Positions 41,609 through 51,227 of a DNA stretch of 64,000 bases are shown here, piece by piece. Position 1 is the stretch's first letter. Each line of letters opens with the position of its first letter. Origin of the DNA: Pontiella sp. (GTDB lineage: Bacteria > Verrucomicrobiota > Kiritimatiellia > Kiritimatiellales > Pontiellaceae); NCBI GenBank assembly GCA_050290185.1, contig JBNKHE010000006.1:64001-128000 (forward strand), read 5' to 3'. The translations under genes and the position numbers were made by a program. Under the pieces are notes generated by a model. The model saw only the letters and a program-made list of their open reading frames with translations, did not search any database and was not told the DNA's origin.

Positions 41609-42199
41609 ATGATAGCCTTACTTGTCACTCTCGGACTCATTGTACTGCTGATCCTGTGGATCGTAGCCATGTACAACGGCCTCGTCGTGCTGCGCAACCG
41701 CTTCAAGAATGCCTTCGCGCAGATCGATGTGCAGTTGAAACGCCGCTACGACCTGATTCCCAACCTGGTCGAAACCGCCAAAGGTTATATGAAGCACGAG
41801 CGCGAAACCCTCGAAGCGGTCATCCAGGCGCGCAACCAGGCCGCCTCCGCGGGCAAGGCCGCCGCGCAGAATCCCGGCGACTCCGGCGCCATGGCCGGAC
41901 TGATGGGCGCGGAAGGTGCCCTGACCGGCGCACTCGGACGTCTGTTTGCCTTGTCCGAAGCTTATCCCGACCTCAAGGCCAACCAAAATATGATGCAGCT
42001 GACTGAAGAGCTGACCTCGACCGAAAACAAGATTTCGTTCGCGCGTCAGGCCTACAACGACGCCGTCATGGTCTACAACACCAAGCGCGAAACCTTCCCG
42101 ACGAACCTCATCGCGAATACGTTCAACTTCACCGCCGCCATGCTCTTCGAGATCGAAGATGCCGCGCAGAAGGAAGCCCCGAAAGTCAACTTTACCTGA
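41609..42199 (+). CDS. lemA: LemA family protein
   Basis: YNGLV..RN, IDVQLKRRYDLIPNLV, EAYPDLKAN, ENKI.FARQ.YN; AAGGAG RBS. Confidence 0.96.
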   Translation: MIALLVTLGLIVLLILWIVAMYNGLVVLRNRFKNAFAQIDVQLKRRYDLIPNLVETAKGYMKHERETLEAVIQARNQAASAGKAAAQNPGDSGAMAGLMGAEGALTGALGRLFALSEAYPDLKANQNMMQLTEELTSTENKISFARQAYNDAVMVYNTKRETFPTNLIANTFNFTAAMLFEIEDAAQKEAPKVNFT

Positions 42200-42257
42200 G
42201 TCCGCGCTGGATCAATCTTCAAGTTGCGAATTTCAGGTTTCATAGCCCCGTCTACCC

Positions 42258-44297
42258 ATGGACTTCTTTGCCCGACAGGATAGCGCACGCAAGAGCACCG
42301 GCCTGCTGATGTTTTATTTCGGCATGGCCGTGGTGCTTACCATCCTGCTGATCTACTTTCTCCCAGTCATCGGATGGCATGCCTATCAGGTGAACACATC
42401 GACGACCGGTGAGCCCATCCCGTTCCACTGGTGGTATCCCGACGCCTTCATACTGGTTTGCGGCGTTACGCTGATCGTGGTACTCGGCGGGGCATCGTTC
42501 AAGATTTCGCAGTTGCATCGCGGTGGCGGCGGCGGCGTGGCCGAAATGCTGGGAGGCCGGCAGATCCGCCCCGAAACCAGCGACTTTTTCGAAAAGCGCC
42601 TGCGCAACGTAGTGGAGGAAATGGCCATCGCCTCCGGGGTCCCCGTTCCGCCCATCTATGTCATGGATCGCGAACGGGGCATCAACGCCTTTGCCGCCGG
42701 CTTCAGCCCGGCGACGTCGGTTGTTGCCGTCACCTACGGTACCATGACGGGCCTGACGCGCGAAGAACTGCAAGGCGTTGTGGCTCACGAGTTCAGCCAC
42801 ATCCTCAACAACGACATGCGGATCAATCTCAATCTGATGGGCGTCCTGCATGGCCTGCTCGTCATCGGTCTGACCGGGCGCGTGCTTCTGGAGCTCACGG
42901 GACGGGGCAGTTATTACGGAGGGCGGCGCAGCAAGGACTCGGGACAACTTGTCTTCGCCCTGCTGGCAGCCGCCGCAACCCTGATGGTGGTGGGCTTTAC
43001 CGGATACTTCTTCTGCAAGCTGATCAAGGCGTCCATTTCACGCCAACGCGAACGGCTGGCCGACGCCTCCGCCGTGCAGTTCACCCGCAATCCGGAAGGA
43101 CTGGCTGGCGCACTCAAGAAAATCGGGGGAATTGCCGAAGGCTCCCGCATCAGCGCCCCCCAGGCGGAGCAGGCCAGCCATATGTTTTTCGGTAACGGAT
43201 TGGGCTCTTCCATATTCAATACCCATCCACCGCTGGCCGAGCGCGTCAAATGGCTGGAGCCCACCTTCGACGGCAAGTTTGAACACGTGACCGCCGAGGA
43301 CCTGCGCGCCCAGCTGGCGCGCTTCGAGGGTGCACCGATGGAAAAGAAAGCGGACCGGAAAGAAAAGACCGATTTCGTCGACCTCTTCACCCAGCCCGGC
43401 AAGGTGGCGGCTACAGCCGCCGTCCTCGATGCCGCAACCCAGCCGAAGCCCAGACCCAACAATCCCGAGGCGCTGATCGCCTCCATCGGCGCGCCGATGG
43501 AACACCATGCCGACGCCGCCCGGAAGCTGATCGACTCAATTCCTTCATCCGTGAAGGAATACGCCCGCGATCCCTACGGCGCGCGCATGCTGATCTACTT
43601 CCTGCTACTGGACACCCGCGATGAGATTCGCGACAGGCAGATCGCCCTTATTAAGGAACAGGATGAACCGGCCGTGATCACGGTACTGGAAAAATCGTTA
43701 CTCGAACTCGATGGCATCACACCCGAAATGCGATTACCGATCGTCGATCTGTCCATCCCCGCCCTCCGCTTTCTTTCGGCGGGCCAGTACACACGCTTCC
43801 GGGAGATCGTGCAGGCCTTGATCGATGCCGACGAACAGGTCGACCTTTTCGAATACGCCCTCCAGCGCGTGCTCGTTCATCACCTCGACCCCGTGTTCGG
43901 TGGCACAACCAAACCCCATGCCGCGAACTATTACGCCATTCGCGGACTGGAACAGGAAACTTCTGTTGTACTCTCCGTCCTCGCCCGCAAAGGCAATGAC
44001 GATCCAGGCGAGCAGGCCGCCGCCTTCGATGCCGCCGCCGGCAAGATCGCCGCCCCGAAAGCCAACTTCCAGTTTCTCAGCGAGAACGAGTGCGGCTGGG
44101 ACAACCTCGATGCCGCGCTCAACAAAATCAACGAAGGCTCGTTCAAGGTTAAGAAATGGGTACTGGGCGCCGCTCTCGCCTGCCTGATGCACGACCGCGA
44201 AATCACCGTTGCCGAAGTCGAACTCTTCCGCGCCATCGCCGACACCCTCGGCTGTCCCGTCCCACCCTGGGTTTCACCTGGAGACCTGGAAGCGTGA
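42258..44297 (+). CDS. M48 (HtpX-like) membrane metallopeptidase with long C-terminal domain
   Basis: NVVEEMAIASG, INAFAAG, AHEFSH (HExxH), RE.LAD, THPPL..R; follows lemA. Confidence 0.92.
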   Translation: MDFFARQDSARKSTGLLMFYFGMAVVLTILLIYFLPVIGWHAYQVNTSTTGEPIPFHWWYPDAFILVCGVTLIVVLGGASFKISQLHRGGGGGVAEMLGGRQIRPETSDFFEKRLRNVVEEMAIASGVPVPPIYVMDRERGINAFAAGFSPATSVVAVTYGTMTGLTREELQGVVAHEFSHILNNDMRINLNLMGVLHGLLVIGLTGRVLLELTGRGSYYGGRRSKDSGQLVFALLAAAATLMVVGFTGYFFCKLIKASISRQRERLADASAVQFTRNPEGLAGALKKIGGIAEGSRISAPQAEQASHMFFGNGLGSSIFNTHPPLAERVKWLEPTFDGKFEHVTAEDLRAQLARFEGAPMEKKADRKEKTDFVDLFTQPGKVAATAAVLDAATQPKPRPNNPEALIASIGAPMEHHADAARKLIDSIPSSVKEYARDPYGARMLIYFLLLDTRDEIRDRQIALIKEQDEPAVITVLEKSLLELDGITPEMRLPIVDLSIPALRFLSAGQYTRFREIVQALIDADEQVDLFEYALQRVLVHHLDPVFGGTTKPHAANYYAIRGLEQETSVVLSVLARKGNDDPGEQAAAFDAAAGKIAAPKANFQFLSENECGWDNLDAALNKINEGSFKVKKWVLGAALACLMHDREITVAEVELFRAIADTLGCPVPPWVSPGDLEA

Positions 44298-44328
44298 TAT
44301 GTGGCAGGTCGACAAAGCGACAAAGACA

Positions 44329-44616
44329 ATGCGCAGAAGGAACAAGATCATCATGGCCTTGGTCTGCGGACCTGTTTTCACGGCGCTGATTGCCCTCACT
44401 TCATTTCTTCTTAGCCGGATCCCTGACAATATCATCAACATCGAACACGCCTGGCTTAAGTTGTCGTGTATAACCAGCTTTACGGCCATGGTCTTCATCG
44501 CGGACCGACTGGGCAAACGTCTCCAGCTCACCCCCCAGCAATTTGCCGGACCGGTCGCGTTCAGCTGTGCCACATTCTGCCTGATTGCTTTTCTCATCTT
44601 CTCCACCCATTACTAA
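44329..44616 (+). CDS. Small three-TM hypothetical membrane protein
   Basis: Three hydrophobic segments; fills the gap between the M48 gene and der. Start is 44299 or 44329. Confidence 0.55.
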   Translation: MRRRNKIIMALVCGPVFTALIALTSFLLSRIPDNIINIEHAWLKLSCITSFTAMVFIADRLGKRLQLTPQQFAGPVAFSCATFCLIAFLIFSTHY

Positions 44617-44670
44617 ATATCTTCTTTCCCTTTGCTAGGACCGGGGGTTTCGTGTATCACCGTGCGCGCT

Positions 44671-46032
44671 ATGGAAGAAATTAAAAGCAAAAGAGTTGTG
44701 GCGATTGTTGGTCGCCCGAATGTCGGCAAGTCGGCACTGTTCAACCGGCTGGTGGGACGGCGCGTCTCGATCGTGCACGAGGAAGTGGGCGTCACGCGTG
44801 ACCGCGTGGTATGCGAAGCCAACTGGAATGGGGAGCGGTTTGAGCTGATGGATACCGGAGGTCTCGGCCATTTCGGCAAGCAGGTTTCCGACGACCAGAT
44901 TATCGCCGGCACCGAGCTGCAGGCTGAAATCGCCATTTCCGATGCCTCCTTCATCATTTTCACGGTCGATATTACCGCCGGCGTGGCCCCGCTCGACGAA
45001 GAGGTTGCCCGCATCCTGCACCAGAGCGGCCGTACCGTGATCCTCGCCGCCAATAAGTCCGACAATCCCGAACGCGACGAAACCGTCTACGACTTCGACC
45101 GGCTCGGCTTCCCCGTTTTCCCTGTTTCCGCGATCCAGAACCGCGGCATCGACGCGCTGATGGAAGCGCTTGTTCCGCAATTGCCGAAAGAGGAAAACCC
45201 GACCGAGAAAACGCCGTTGCGCGTCGCCGTCGTCGGCCGACCGAATGCCGGCAAGTCCTCCTACATCAACCGCCTGCTCAAGAGCGAACGTGTGATCGTT
45301 TCCGATGTGCCGGGCACCACGCGCGACAGCGTCGAGATCCCCTTCACCATCGGCAAGGGCGCAACCGCCCGTCACTACCAGCTGATTGATACCGCCGGCA
45401 TGCAGAAGGATACCCGCTCCAAAGGAGCCGTCGACTGGTTCAGCAACCTGCGTACCGAAAAGAGCATCGAGCGCGCAGACGTGGTCGTGATGGTGCTCGA
45501 TGCCGAAACCGGACCGACCAGCCGCGACAAAAAGGTCGCCGCCAAGATTATTGATGCCCAGAAGGGATGCATGCTGCTGATCAACAAGTGGGATCTGGCA
45601 CAGGATGCCGACGACGACATTACCCAGACCAAATATCTGCCCGCCCTGCGCGAAGCGCTGCCTTTCATGGGGTTTGCACCGGTGCTGTTCGTTTCGGCCA
45701 AGAGCGGTTACAACATCAAGCGCAGCGTTGAAGCCATCGACTATGTGGCCGCGCAGACCCGCACCGAAATCACCACGGGTGTTTTAAACCGCGTCATTCA
45801 GCAAGCGATCGAAAAATATCCGCCGCCCATCGCCAAGGGCAAGCGTCTCAAGGTATTCTACGGCACGCAATCCGGCACCAACCCGATCTACTTCAAGATC
45901 TTCGTCAACGACCCCGACTATTCGCGCTCCAACTGGCTCGCCTATCTGCAGAACCAGCTCCGTGCGGCCTTCGGCCTCGAAGGCGCCCCGATCTTCATCA
46001 AGCTCGTCGCCCGCTCCCGCCCGAAGAAATAG
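44671..46032 (+). CDS. der: Ribosome biogenesis GTPase Der (EngA)
   Basis: Two G domains (GRPNVGKS, GRPNAGKS; DTGG/DTAG; NKSD/NKWD) and a KH-like tail. Confidence 0.97.
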   Translation: MEEIKSKRVVAIVGRPNVGKSALFNRLVGRRVSIVHEEVGVTRDRVVCEANWNGERFELMDTGGLGHFGKQVSDDQIIAGTELQAEIAISDASFIIFTVDITAGVAPLDEEVARILHQSGRTVILAANKSDNPERDETVYDFDRLGFPVFPVSAIQNRGIDALMEALVPQLPKEENPTEKTPLRVAVVGRPNAGKSSYINRLLKSERVIVSDVPGTTRDSVEIPFTIGKGATARHYQLIDTAGMQKDTRSKGAVDWFSNLRTEKSIERADVVVMVLDAETGPTSRDKKVAAKIIDAQKGCMLLINKWDLAQDADDDITQTKYLPALREALPFMGFAPVLFVSAKSGYNIKRSVEAIDYVAAQTRTEITTGVLNRVIQQAIEKYPPPIAKGKRLKVFYGTQSGTNPIYFKIFVNDPDYSRSNWLAYLQNQLRAAFGLEGAPIFIKLVARSRPKK

Positions 46033-46046
46033 CGCTGAGCTGCACG

Positions 46047-47150
46047 ATGCTGATGAAAGATGGTCTAGGAGCAGCAGCGGTCGAGCGAATCGCCGAATCG
46101 ATCGTGCGGACCATTCCGGATTTCCCCAAACGAAAGTTCGTGGATGATGCAATGGATCGCATCCCTGACCTGGAACTGAAGGAGCGGGTGCGGCATATCA
46201 TCGACGTATTGAGCCGCTACCTGCCGGGTAACTTTACGGAAGCGGCCGACATTCTGATCCGGCTGAAGGACAACTGGCTTCCCGGCGATCCGGACGACAA
46301 CCTTGCGGGGTTCGCAGCCTGGCCGGTCATCGACTATGTCGGTGAACATGGACTCGATCATCCGGGCAAAGCGCTTGAGGTACTGAGGGAACTCACTCCC
46401 TTATTCTCTGCCGAGTTTGCGATCCGTCCCTTCATCATCGACCATTTCGACCTGACGTTCCAGACCCTGGGAAAATGGACGGCCGATCCGGACGAACATG
46501 TCCGGCGATTGGTTTCCGAAGGTTCCCGACCGCGCCTGCCGTGGGGGAAACGGCTTCCGCAGTTGATCGCCGCCCCCTCCATCGTCATCGAACTATTGGA
46601 AAAACTGAAGGACGATCCGAGCGAATATGTCCGCCGCTCCGTCGCCAATAACCTGAACGATATTTCGAAGGATCATCCGGCAAAGGTCATGGCCCTTTGC
46701 CGCCGCTGGCAAAAAGGTACGAGCCCTGAGCGGCAATGGATTATCCGCCATGCAACGCGGACACTCGTGAAGGCCGGACACCCTGCCGTCTTCGGCCTGC
46801 TCGGCTATACCGAAAACCCGCAACTCGATTTCCAAGCATTGGAAGTTTCGCCCAAAGCAATACACCTCGGCGAGGCGATCGAGTTCAAGGTCACGCTGCA
46901 ATCCACCAGCGCCAGGGCTCAATCCATCGTTATCGATTATGCCATCCATCACATGAAATCAAACGGACAGACCAGCCCCAAGGTTTTCAAGTTCCGGACA
47001 GTGAATATCGCCTCCGGCGAAACAATGTGTCTGACCAGGCGCCATGCCATCAAACCGGTCACCACGCGCAAATACTATCCCGGCGAACATGCCGTCGAAA
47101 TCCTGATTAACGGAAAACCATTCGGGAAAGCCGCATTTACGTTATCGTAA
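46047..47150 (+). CDS. DNA alkylation repair protein (AlkC-like HEAT-repeat glycosylase)
   Basis: SAEFAIRPF, HVRRLVSEGSRPRLPW, YVRRSVANNLNDISKDHP, C-terminal Ig-like TTRKYYPGEH. Confidence 0.88.
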   Translation: MLMKDGLGAAAVERIAESIVRTIPDFPKRKFVDDAMDRIPDLELKERVRHIIDVLSRYLPGNFTEAADILIRLKDNWLPGDPDDNLAGFAAWPVIDYVGEHGLDHPGKALEVLRELTPLFSAEFAIRPFIIDHFDLTFQTLGKWTADPDEHVRRLVSEGSRPRLPWGKRLPQLIAAPSIVIELLEKLKDDPSEYVRRSVANNLNDISKDHPAKVMALCRRWQKGTSPERQWIIRHATRTLVKAGHPAVFGLLGYTENPQLDFQALEVSPKAIHLGEAIEFKVTLQSTSARAQSIVIDYAIHHMKSNGQTSPKVFKFRTVNIASGETMCLTRRHAIKPVTTRKYYPGEHAVEILINGKPFGKAAFTLS

Positions 47151-47383
47151 ACAATAGCCCGGACTTTCGAGCTGCGCGGCAACTGCGCCTAACATCGTGC
47201 CCTAACCGCGCAAATCATCTGTAGGAATTTCATCGATCCTTGCTCGTAATTTGGATTTAGAAACCAGGAGTAAGAGCGAGCTAGTGATGTGGCACTACAA
47301 CCGGTGTAGGACACGACCGCGTGGGAGACGACAATCTTGATGTAATCAGTGGATTTGCAGGCATTCTGTACCGGCTTCCATGA

Positions 47384-47471
47384 CCCGATAGAACCAGAAC
47401 GCTCAACTATCGGGCTGACATCGCCGGCGGCCAGACCTATACTCCTCCTCCGTATCGCAACAGGAGGAGTA
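47384..47471 (+). promoter_or_regulatory. Structured 5' leader with RBS-sequestering hairpin
   Basis: CCCGATAG/CTATCGGG stem and a TACTCCTCCT/AGGAGGAGTA 10-bp stem covering the SD of the gene at 47476. Confidence 0.65.
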
Positions 47472-47475
47472 GGCC

Positions 47476-47823
47476 ATGAATTATCAAAACGTAAATCTGC
47501 CCGAAGGCGCCGTTAAGGCCGGCTCCACCCCCTCGATGACACAGGACACCGTGGTGCCGGGCATTCTTAAAAAGCATCTTGCCCCGAAAGGAAAATGGGG
47601 CTGTCTTGTCGTGGAAAGCGGGGCCCTGCAATATGTGTGGGAGGATGATCCCGACCATGTGCTGGATGCCGACCCCGGCCATCCCATCGTGATTGAGCCT
47701 GAACGCTTCCATCATGTGGTCATTACGGGAGATGTTCAATTTCGCGTCGAGTTCTATGTGGTCGACGAACCAGAAGCAAAACCGAAGCGGGATGGCGACC
47801 GGCCCGGTTCAACCTTTGTATAA
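47476..47823 (+). CDS. DUF1971 (YeaR / TehB N-terminal-like cupin) protein
   Basis: TP..T.DTV..G....H....G.WG.L.V..G.L.Y...IEPE..H.V......F.VEFY pattern; AGGAGG RBS. Confidence 0.85.
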   Translation: MNYQNVNLPEGAVKAGSTPSMTQDTVVPGILKKHLAPKGKWGCLVVESGALQYVWEDDPDHVLDADPGHPIVIEPERFHHVVITGDVQFRVEFYVVDEPEAKPKRDGDRPGSTFV

Positions 47824-47832
47824 GGAGCCGTG

Positions 47833-48006
47833 ATGGATTTTCTACAAACTCTGGACTCAACGACCTTGCTCGTCCTGATATCGGCGGGTCTGATCATTCT
47901 GCTTGTGCTGTTCGCGAAGTTTATCAAGGGCATTTTGAAGCTCGCCATTATCGCCGTGATGGCTCTTTGCATCATCTACTTCCTGCGGCAGGCGGGAGTC
48001 ATTTAA
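47833..48006 (+). CDS. 57-aa two-TM small membrane protein (not in the ORF track)
   Basis: TAAGGAG RBS overlapping the upstream stop; MDFLQTLDSTTLLVLISAGLIILLVLFAKFIKGILKLAIIAVMALCIIYFLRQAGVI. Confidence 0.75.
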   Translation: MDFLQTLDSTTLLVLISAGLIILLVLFAKFIKGILKLAIIAVMALCIIYFLRQAGVI

Positions 48007-48191
48007 CTGCGTCTTATTTTTCTGGAGCGTCGCAGGCCCTGCGGCAGGGTAATATGTGATTAGCCCGCCAATTAACCCCGCCGCATACACCCCCCTTAAA
48101 GTTTATTCATAACAAACACTTTTTGGCATATGGGATGTATTTGCCAATTATAGCTTAATGTTGTAGAAAGTGCATAAACCGGGGGGCGTTT

Positions 48192-51100
48192 ATGGGGAAT
48201 GTTACTTCTGCAGCACCACCAGCCCGACTGCACCAATATATGATGGGCGGGCTCTTCCTTCTGATGGTCGGCCTCGGAGCGTGGTTGTCATTCGGAGCGC
48301 GGCATCGTGAAGACGAGAGCATCCGACGTGAACTGTTGCGACAGGCCAGCAACGTGGCATCGACCCTTTCACAGGAAAGCATCCGGGAACTGTCGTTCAC
48401 TGCGGAGGATGCCGAGCGTCCGGCATTCCAACGGCTAACCGAGCAGTTGCGGGCCTATTCCGAAACCACAGGCATCCGCAGCATCTACTCCTTGCAGCTT
48501 CGCGATGGCCAGCTGTTCTTTGGCCCCGAAAGCCTGCTTCCGGACGATCCGTATGCAACTCCACCCGGCACAATCTATCAGGAACCCTCATCACAAAACC
48601 TCGAAATATTCCGCACGGCCAAACCAGTCGTCTTTGGTCCGATTTCGGATGAATTCGGAGAATTCCTAAGCGCAATCGTTCCGATCGTTGACACCCGTTC
48701 GGGCGAAGTGCTGATGGTGCTTGGGCAGGACTTCGAGGCGGACGACTGGATCGCACAGATCCATAAGGCGCAAATGATTCCGCTCCTGGCCATACTTTGT
48801 CCGATCGGTATGCTTTTGCTTGGCTATCTGGCTTTCAAAACGTGCAAGCGCTCGCCCTGGTGCACCCCGAAGCGTCTCCGCTATGTGCAGGTTGGGACCT
48901 ATTTCCTGGTCATGCTCCAGCTCACGGTTATCGCGTCCCTATTCATACGCGACATTGAAAGAAAAGAGCTAAGAGCCCTCTTTAACGCCGAGGCCAACGT
49001 CCAGTCCCAATATTACAAAGAGACCTTCAACGAGATTCACCGTGATCTCCATTTGCTGGTCAGCTTTTTCGAAGCCAGCCAGAGCGTTACCCACGAGGAA
49101 TTCCGTGAGTTTTGCCAGCCCATACTCGATAACAACCCCATACAGGCGTGCTTCTGGATCCCGGAATGGGCCGTCACCAACGCGGCGGCATTCACGGCTG
49201 GCATACGGGCAGCGGACGTCCCGGACTTTTCGATCCGGCGATTCGAAAATGGCAACCGATCGGTCCGGGAATCCACGGACCCAATCTATCCGGTCGTCTA
49301 CGTCGAGCCCTTATCCCAGCGACCGGCCATGCTCGGATATGATTTTTATTCCGACCCGGCCCTCCGGGAAGCTCTTTTGGATGCATTGAAATCGGAGTTC
49401 GTCAGTGCGGGTATTGTCGCGGCGCGAACACCGAATACCACCGTGCCCGCCGGACTTTTTGTCTTCGAACCGGTTCCACATCCGCGACAGGGAGGATTGA
49501 TTGGCTTCTGCATCAATACCGACGAAGTGATCGAGCACCAGCAATCGGACCCCTCCCGTGAAATTCCGTCACTTTCAACAACGCTCTTCGAGGTGCAGTC
49601 CGGCAAATCACCGCAACCATTGTCCTGTTCCGACTGCGAACACGACTCTCTCGAATGCCTGAAAATGCTGGAATCCGATCTCTCGGTAACGATTCCGATT
49701 TTTGCTTTTGGAAAGTCCTTCGCGTTGCTTTCCACCGCCGAACCTCAGTGGTTCTCCGCCCATCTCCGGCGTTCGGCTGGGATCACTCTCGTCGCCGGGC
49801 TGGTGCTTACCCTCCTACTCACATACATATTCTCAACCATGCTGGGTCGCCCTCTCCTTTTGGAAAAACTGGTACAACAGCGCACACACGAACTGGCCGA
49901 AAGCAAGGAGCGTTTCGATATTGCGATCTCCGCTGCAAAACTGGGTGTGTGGGAACGCGATGTGACGACCGGTCGATTGATATGGAATGATCGAATGCTG
50001 AAAATCTATGGCATCCGGGAAAACGAATTTGACGGAGATTTCCACAAATGGCGCGAATATGTCCACCCCCATGACCAGGAGCGCGTTGCCCAGGAATTGA
50101 CGGATACCGAGACCGGTAAAAAGCGGTTCGATACCGAATTCCGCATTATCCGCAAGGACGGCGAAACCCGCCACATCCGCGCCTTCGGAAAAATGATGCG
50201 CGACGCATCCGGGGAACCCGCCCGCATGATCGGCATCAATCAGGACATCACAGATATGAAGATGGCTCAGCATGCCGCGGCACAGGAACGAGAGCGGCTC
50301 CAGTTCATTTTCGATGCCCTGCCTATTGGCATCAGCTTGAACAGGACATATGGCGACGGAAGTGAAACCCGCATGATCAACGATGCCCACCTGCGCATCG
50401 CCGGCATTCGCCGCGATCAGGACAATCCGGAAACATGGCGGCGCATCAACCATCCCGACAATCACGCCGATCAGGAGTCTTTCATGTACGAGACGGATGG
50501 CGGAAGGATTAAACATTTCACGGTGGATAAACGCTACGTCCATCCGGATGGCCGCATAGTCTGGGTCGCTTTTTCCAGGCTACGGAAAATATTGGACGAT
50601 GGCGGCTTCGAGGATTTATGTACTGCGGTGGACATCACCGAACGCAAAGAGGCCGAAGAGGATCTCAGAGAAAGCGAAGAACGATACCGGTCCACGCTCA
50701 ACGACCTCCAGGTGGGCGTCGTCGTGCATGCCGAGGATACCCGTATTTTGCTCAGCAACCCGGAGGCCAGCCGCATTCTCGGGCTAAGTGCCGCACAGCT
50801 GGCCGGGAAACCCATATCGGATCCGGCCTGGAAATTTATTCGGGAAGACGGCTCTGCAATGCCGGTCGAAGAGTTTCCGGTGAACCGGGTGATGTCGACA
50901 GGCAAGAGCGTTTTCAACCAGATCGTTGGCATCATGAAGCCCGGCCAGGCAGAATCCACCTGGGTCACCGTCAATGCGGTACGGGTTTTCTCGGACAACA
51001 GCTACCTCTTCCGGATTATCGTCAATTTCATGGATATCACAGAACAAATAAACACGGAGTTGAGCCTTAAGGCCCGGAATCAAGAACTGGAACGCTTTAA

Positions 51101-51227
51101 TAAGGTGGCCGTCGGCCGGGAACTGCGCATGATTGAACTGAAAAAAGAGATCAACGCACTTTGCCTTAAACTCGGTAAAAAAGAGCCCTATCCCATGGCC
51201 ACAACGGAACGGGAGACAACATCATGA
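48192..51227 (+). CDS. Membrane sensor (periplasmic domain, CHASE, three PAS) with no catalytic output domain
   Basis: TM segments; CHASE-like (F.ASQSVT.EEFREF, YPVVYVEP, LGYD); three PAS/PAC ending in DIT; C-terminal GRELRMIELKKEIN coil; no H-box or GGDEF seen. Confidence 0.85.
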   Translation: MGNVTSAAPPARLHQYMMGGLFLLMVGLGAWLSFGARHREDESIRRELLRQASNVASTLSQESIRELSFTAEDAERPAFQRLTEQLRAYSETTGIRSIYSLQLRDGQLFFGPESLLPDDPYATPPGTIYQEPSSQNLEIFRTAKPVVFGPISDEFGEFLSAIVPIVDTRSGEVLMVLGQDFEADDWIAQIHKAQMIPLLAILCPIGMLLLGYLAFKTCKRSPWCTPKRLRYVQVGTYFLVMLQLTVIASLFIRDIERKELRALFNAEANVQSQYYKETFNEIHRDLHLLVSFFEASQSVTHEEFREFCQPILDNNPIQACFWIPEWAVTNAAAFTAGIRAADVPDFSIRRFENGNRSVRESTDPIYPVVYVEPLSQRPAMLGYDFYSDPALREALLDALKSEFVSAGIVAARTPNTTVPAGLFVFEPVPHPRQGGLIGFCINTDEVIEHQQSDPSREIPSLSTTLFEVQSGKSPQPLSCSDCEHDSLECLKMLESDLSVTIPIFAFGKSFALLSTAEPQWFSAHLRRSAGITLVAGLVLTLLLTYIFSTMLGRPLLLEKLVQQRTHELAESKERFDIAISAAKLGVWERDVTTGRLIWNDRMLKIYGIRENEFDGDFHKWREYVHPHDQERVAQELTDTETGKKRFDTEFRIIRKDGETRHIRAFGKMMRDASGEPARMIGINQDITDMKMAQHAAAQERERLQFIFDALPIGISLNRTYGDGSETRMINDAHLRIAGIRRDQDNPETWRRINHPDNHADQESFMYETDGGRIKHFTVDKRYVHPDGRIVWVAFSRLRKILDDGGFEDLCTAVDITERKEAEEDLRESEERYRSTLNDLQVGVVVHAEDTRILLSNPEASRILGLSAAQLAGKPISDPAWKFIREDGSAMPVEEFPVNRVMSTGKSVFNQIVGIMKPGQAESTWVTVNAVRVFSDNSYLFRIIVNFMDITEQINTELSLKARNQELERFNKVAVGRELRMIELKKEINALCLKLGKKEPYPMATTERETTS

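Noticed and set aside
47186..47206. Integron attC site, suggested by GCCTAAC and CCCTAAC
   Set aside because: No matching GTTRRRY core at a suitable distance and no integrase.
47337..47349. FNR box upstream of DUF1971 (TTGAT-GTA-ATCAG)
   Set aside because: Spacer is 3 nt rather than 4 and the second half-site is imperfect.
48123..48142. Sigma-54 promoter upstream of the sensor gene
   Set aside because: TGGCA is present but the invariant GC at -12 is missing at the required spacing.
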